Shown here in pieces: positions 29,281 to 32,000 of a stretch of DNA of 32,000 nt; the stretch's first letter is position 1, and every line of letters begins with the position of its first letter. Position numbers and translations under genes: made by a program. The DNA comes from Demequinaceae bacterium (lineage in GTDB: Bacteria > Actinomycetota > Actinomycetes > Actinomycetales > Demequinaceae), in the NCBI GenBank assembly GCA_965250005.1, contig OZ252279.1, positions 1,200,001 to 1,232,000 of the forward strand, in the 5' to 3' direction. The notes beneath the pieces are model-generated. The model was not told where the DNA came from. It saw only the letters and a list, made by a program, of their open reading frames with translations, and did no database searches.

Positions 29281-30369
29281 CTACCTGAATTCGACCTTGG
29301 ACTTGTAGGCCGTGCCACTCGACGGCACGAGTTCAACCCAGGTGTTGCCGGGCTTGAGATAGACGGGTTCACCAGACGAGAGCGTCAACACGAACGGCGA
29401 AAACCGGTCTTGCTTACTCCATTTGACTGCGAGAAACATGCCTTCGCTCGCCACCCAGCCAGTCCCCGATCGCCCCGCCACCAGGGTCTCCGGAACAGAA
29501 AGCCCACGGGAAATCTGTGTCGTGTACTTTACTTGAGCCCACAGGATTACAACGTTGTCCGTGTAAAGTTGCGTGCCGTCGTACGTCACGTGAGGGGTAG
29601 TGCGTTCGTAACGCAACCACAGCGCGCGCTCCGCGTCCCACTTCCACTCCGGTTGGGCGGAAGGCGACATGTAGATATCGATATGCGCCGTGGGCACACC
29701 GTAGATCGCCGCGCTGTTGAACTCGCCAGGGTACGCATAGTTGAAATGATCAGGCGGCGAGTGCACTGGCTCCGCTTGTGCGGCAAATTCCTCGAGAAGA
29801 CCGTGGAGATTGTGAGGCGCGTAGTTGGTATTGACGCGGAAGAACCCTGCGTCGCGAAGGTCCTGCGCGATGAGGTCCTGCCCCGCTTCGTCTGCCGCGG
29901 AAATAAAGCGTCGCTGTGCCCCAGAGAAGATCAGCGGGCCGTTGTAAGAGCCCACAATGTTGTGGTCCATGGGCCGCACAGAACGGATGGGGCCGACGGT
30001 TTCCGGCCAGTTGGAGTGAAAGACGGCAATCAGGCGGGACACCCCGTAGTCGATGAAGGTTTCATAGACAGTGTCCGCGTACTGCAGATTGGTCTGCGGC
30101 TTAGCGGCGTACGAATTCTCAATTTTGACCGCCAGCGCAGACCGCGCTACGACGGCTGGGTCGACGTCAACAGCCGAGAGCCCGGTGAGCGGCCACACCA
30201 CGGCGGGCTTGGGGTCAGGCGGCGCCGACGGGACAAGCGACCGCCCTTCCACTGGGACTTGCGTGTAAGTCACGTCAGGCTGCGTGACGACCGTCGGTGC
30301 ACAAGCCGCTAGCGTCACAGACGACACGAGGGCAAGCGCGATAGCGGCAAACCGCGCAGCGGGGGTCAT
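29281..30369 (-). CDS. DUF3048 (YerB-like) putative lipoprotein
   Basis: 362 aa; signal peptide with lipobox-like VTLAAC; PLTG, NQLQYADTVYE-like and GPIRSVRPMD...LIFSGAQRRFI motifs characteristic of DUF3048. Confidence 0.8.
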   Translation of the reverse strand: MTPAARFAAIALALVSSVTLAACAPTVVTQPDVTYTQVPVEGRSLVPSAPPDPKPAVVWPLTGLSAVDVDPAVVARSALAVKIENSYAAKPQTNLQYADTVYETFIDYGVSRLIAVFHSNWPETVGPIRSVRPMDHNIVGSYNGPLIFSGAQRRFISAADEAGQDLIAQDLRDAGFFRVNTNYAPHNLHGLLEEFAAQAEPVHSPPDHFNYAYPGEFNSAAIYGVPTAHIDIYMSPSAQPEWKWDAERALWLRYERTTPHVTYDGTQLYTDNVVILWAQVKYTTQISRGLSVPETLVAGRSGTGWVASEGMFLAVKWSKQDRFSPFVLTLSSGEPVYLKPGNTWVELVPSSGTAYKSKVEFR

Positions 30370-30376
30370 AGCGGAC

Positions 30377-30382
30377 AGTCTA
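30377..30382 (-). promoter_or_regulatory. Putative -10 hexamer TAGACT, 7 nt upstream of the DUF3048 ATG
   Basis: Minus-strand sequence TAGACT-GTCCGCT-ATG. Confidence 0.45.
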
Positions 30383-30390
30383 GGCGCGCA

Positions 30391-30396
30391 TAGGCT
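30391..30396 (+). promoter_or_regulatory. Putative -10 hexamer TAGGCT, 6 nt upstream of the menE GTG
   Basis: Sequence TAGGCT-ggtcgc-GTG; no SD. Confidence 0.5.
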
Positions 30397-30402
30397 GGTC
30401 GC

Positions 30403-31440
30403 GTGACTTATGCACGCCTCTCGGAAGGCCCTGAAGCAGCGGTCGCAGCCGCGCTATCAGGCGATGTCGACGGCATCGCAGTCGCGACATCGGGCAGCAC
30501 CGGCACTCCACGCGAGGTTCACCTAAGCGGGCCTGCACTGAGAGCCTCAGCAGAGGCGACGTCCGCCCGGCTCACAGGACCCGGAGCCTGGCTGCTTGCC
30601 CTCCCGGCCGACCGCATTGCTGGCTCACAGGTGCTCGTCCGGTCAGCGTTGGCTAGAACAAGCCCCATACGCCTGCCCTCTGGCCCGTTCACTGCCGTGG
30701 GTTTCGCCGCAGCCGCCGACGAACTATTTCGCTCGACCCCCGCAAACATGCCGCGGTACACCTCGCTTGTGCCCACGCAACTACGTCGCGTGCTTGCCGA
30801 CCCTCGGGCCTCGAGCGCACTCGCATCGTTCACCAGTGTTCTCGTGGGAGGGGCGTCGCTCGGCAACCTCAAGGGTCCCGGCAATGTGATCGAGACATAC
30901 GGAATGACGGAAACCGCCGGCGGCTGCGTTTACGACGGCGTTCCCCTCGACGGCGTGGACGTCGCGATCGGGGACAACGGCGGCATCCTCATCTCCGGCG
31001 ACGTGCTGGCCGACGGGTACGTGGACGGCGACGACTCCTCGTTCCCCACCATCGGCGGGACGCGCTGGTTTGCGACATCGGACGTCGGGCAGATCCGGTC
31101 GGCCAAGCTCAGTGTGCTGGGAAGGTCGGACTCGATGATCGTGACGGGGGCGTTCAAGGTCCACCCTGAGTCAGTCGAGCGGGCGCTCGATGCGCTACCG
31201 GACGTCGCGCAGTCTGTCGTCGTTGGGGTGCCCGATCCTGAGTGGGGCACGCGGATCGTCGCTCTCGCCATCGCCGCCGATTCCGCGAGCAATCTCACCA
31301 CAGAGAGCGTTCGCGCTCGGCTCGAGTCAACGCTCCCGAACTACGCCCTTCCTCGTGACGTCCGCTTGATCGATTCGCTGCCGCTGCTCGACACTGGCAA
31401 GATTGACCGCGAGGCCGCCCGCACGTTCGCTCTTCAATAG
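30403..31440 (+). CDS. menE: o-succinylbenzoate-CoA ligase (short actinobacterial form)
   Basis: 345 aa AMP-binding enzyme: VATSGSTGTPREV, YGMTETAGGCVYDG, GWRATSD-like TRWFATSDVGQI, HPESVERAL, LPLLDTGKIDR. Confidence 0.9.
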   Translation: MTYARLSEGPEAAVAAALSGDVDGIAVATSGSTGTPREVHLSGPALRASAEATSARLTGPGAWLLALPADRIAGSQVLVRSALARTSPIRLPSGPFTAVGFAAAADELFRSTPANMPRYTSLVPTQLRRVLADPRASSALASFTSVLVGGASLGNLKGPGNVIETYGMTETAGGCVYDGVPLDGVDVAIGDNGGILISGDVLADGYVDGDDSSFPTIGGTRWFATSDVGQIRSAKLSVLGRSDSMIVTGAFKVHPESVERALDALPDVAQSVVVGVPDPEWGTRIVALAIAADSASNLTTESVRARLESTLPNYALPRDVRLIDSLPLLDTGKIDREAARTFALQ

Positions 31441-31473
31441 TGGCACCGGGCCCGGTCAACTGGGAGGTTCTTC

Positions 31474-32000
31474 GTGGCAACCACGCCGCGTGATTGGGTC
31501 GCAGGCGCGCGACCGCGCACATTAACCACAGCAATCGCCCCCGTCGCCGTTGGCTCTGCCTCCGCTGGCGTCCTCGGCGAATTTCGGCCGCTCCTGGCCG
31601 CCCTGGCTCTTGGCGTCGCGCTCTCGCTCCAGGTGGCCGTCAACTACGCGAACGACTACTCAGATGGAGTGCGTGGCACCGACGCAAACCGCGTCGGGCC
31701 GATGCGGCTTACAGCGTCCGGCAAAGCGCGGCCGTCGGTCGTCAAACGAGCCGCGTACATCGCATTCGCTGTGGGCTCTGTTCTTGGCTTGGCCCTCACG
31801 GCGCTGAGCGGGCAGTGGTGGCTGATCGGCGTGGGCATGCTGTCCGTCGTCGCCGCTTGGACTTACACCGGCTCGCCGCGACCCTACGGCTACGCCGGCT
31901 GGGGCGAGGTGAGCGTCTTCGTCTTCTTCGGCCTATTCGCCACCCTTGGCACCATGTACGCGCAGGCCGCGACGGTAACATGGTGGGCCGTGGCAGCAGC
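31474..32000 (+). CDS. menA: 1,4-dihydroxy-2-naphthoate polyprenyltransferase, 3'-truncated by the window end
   Basis: GTG at 31474 with GGGAGG SD; MATTPRDWVAGARPRTLTTAIAPVAVGSASAG...QVAVNYANDYSDGVRGTDANRVGPMRLTASG (UbiA-family NDYSDG Asp-rich motif). Open to the window end. Confidence 0.9.
   Translation, partial: MATTPRDWVAGARPRTLTTAIAPVAVGSASAGVLGEFRPLLAALALGVALSLQVAVNYANDYSDGVRGTDANRVGPMRLTASGKARPSVVKRAAYIAFAVGSVLGLALTALSGQWWLIGVGMLSVVAAWTYTGSPRPYGYAGWGEVSVFVFFGLFATLGTMYAQAATVTWWAVAA

Noticed and set aside
1-32000. CRISPR arrays, tRNA/rRNA genes, transposases, phage or defence genes
   Set aside because: Looked for spaced direct repeats, IS-like terminal repeats and defence motifs in frames and gaps; none recognised. 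Gaps are short and the content is housekeeping.

Overview
The window is high-GC DNA from an actinobacterium (inferred from codon usage, gene content and gene order). It is mainly a respiratory-chain and menaquinone supercluster. On the minus strand, a geranylgeranyl-reductase-family (menJ-like) gene heads a near gap-free operon of all 14 nuoA-N genes and ends in a polyprenyl diphosphate synthase (20714 -> 2913). To the right lie menF (+), a tandem-PDZ secreted protein (-), two paralogous membrane-anchored propeller-like proteins that flank menC-menD (-), menB (+), a DUF3048 lipoprotein (-), menE (+) and a truncated menA (+). The left edge has the C-terminus of a probable CysN, a sulfonate/nitrate-type ABC ATPase and permease, and rarD. 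I saw no CRISPR array, phage, transposon, rRNA/tRNA or defence system, and no clearly new enzymatic system. The most notable non-textbook signals are: (1) perfect TAGNNT -10-like hexamers exactly 6 nt (one case 7 nt) upstream of the start codons of menJ, menF, menC, menB, menE and the DUF3048 gene, predicting leaderless transcription of the quinone module; (2) a paralogous pair of uncharacterised anchored proteins bracketing menC-menD; (3) a tandem-PDZ protein without a protease domain, behind a phased 11-bp direct-repeat array resembling a response-regulator operator.
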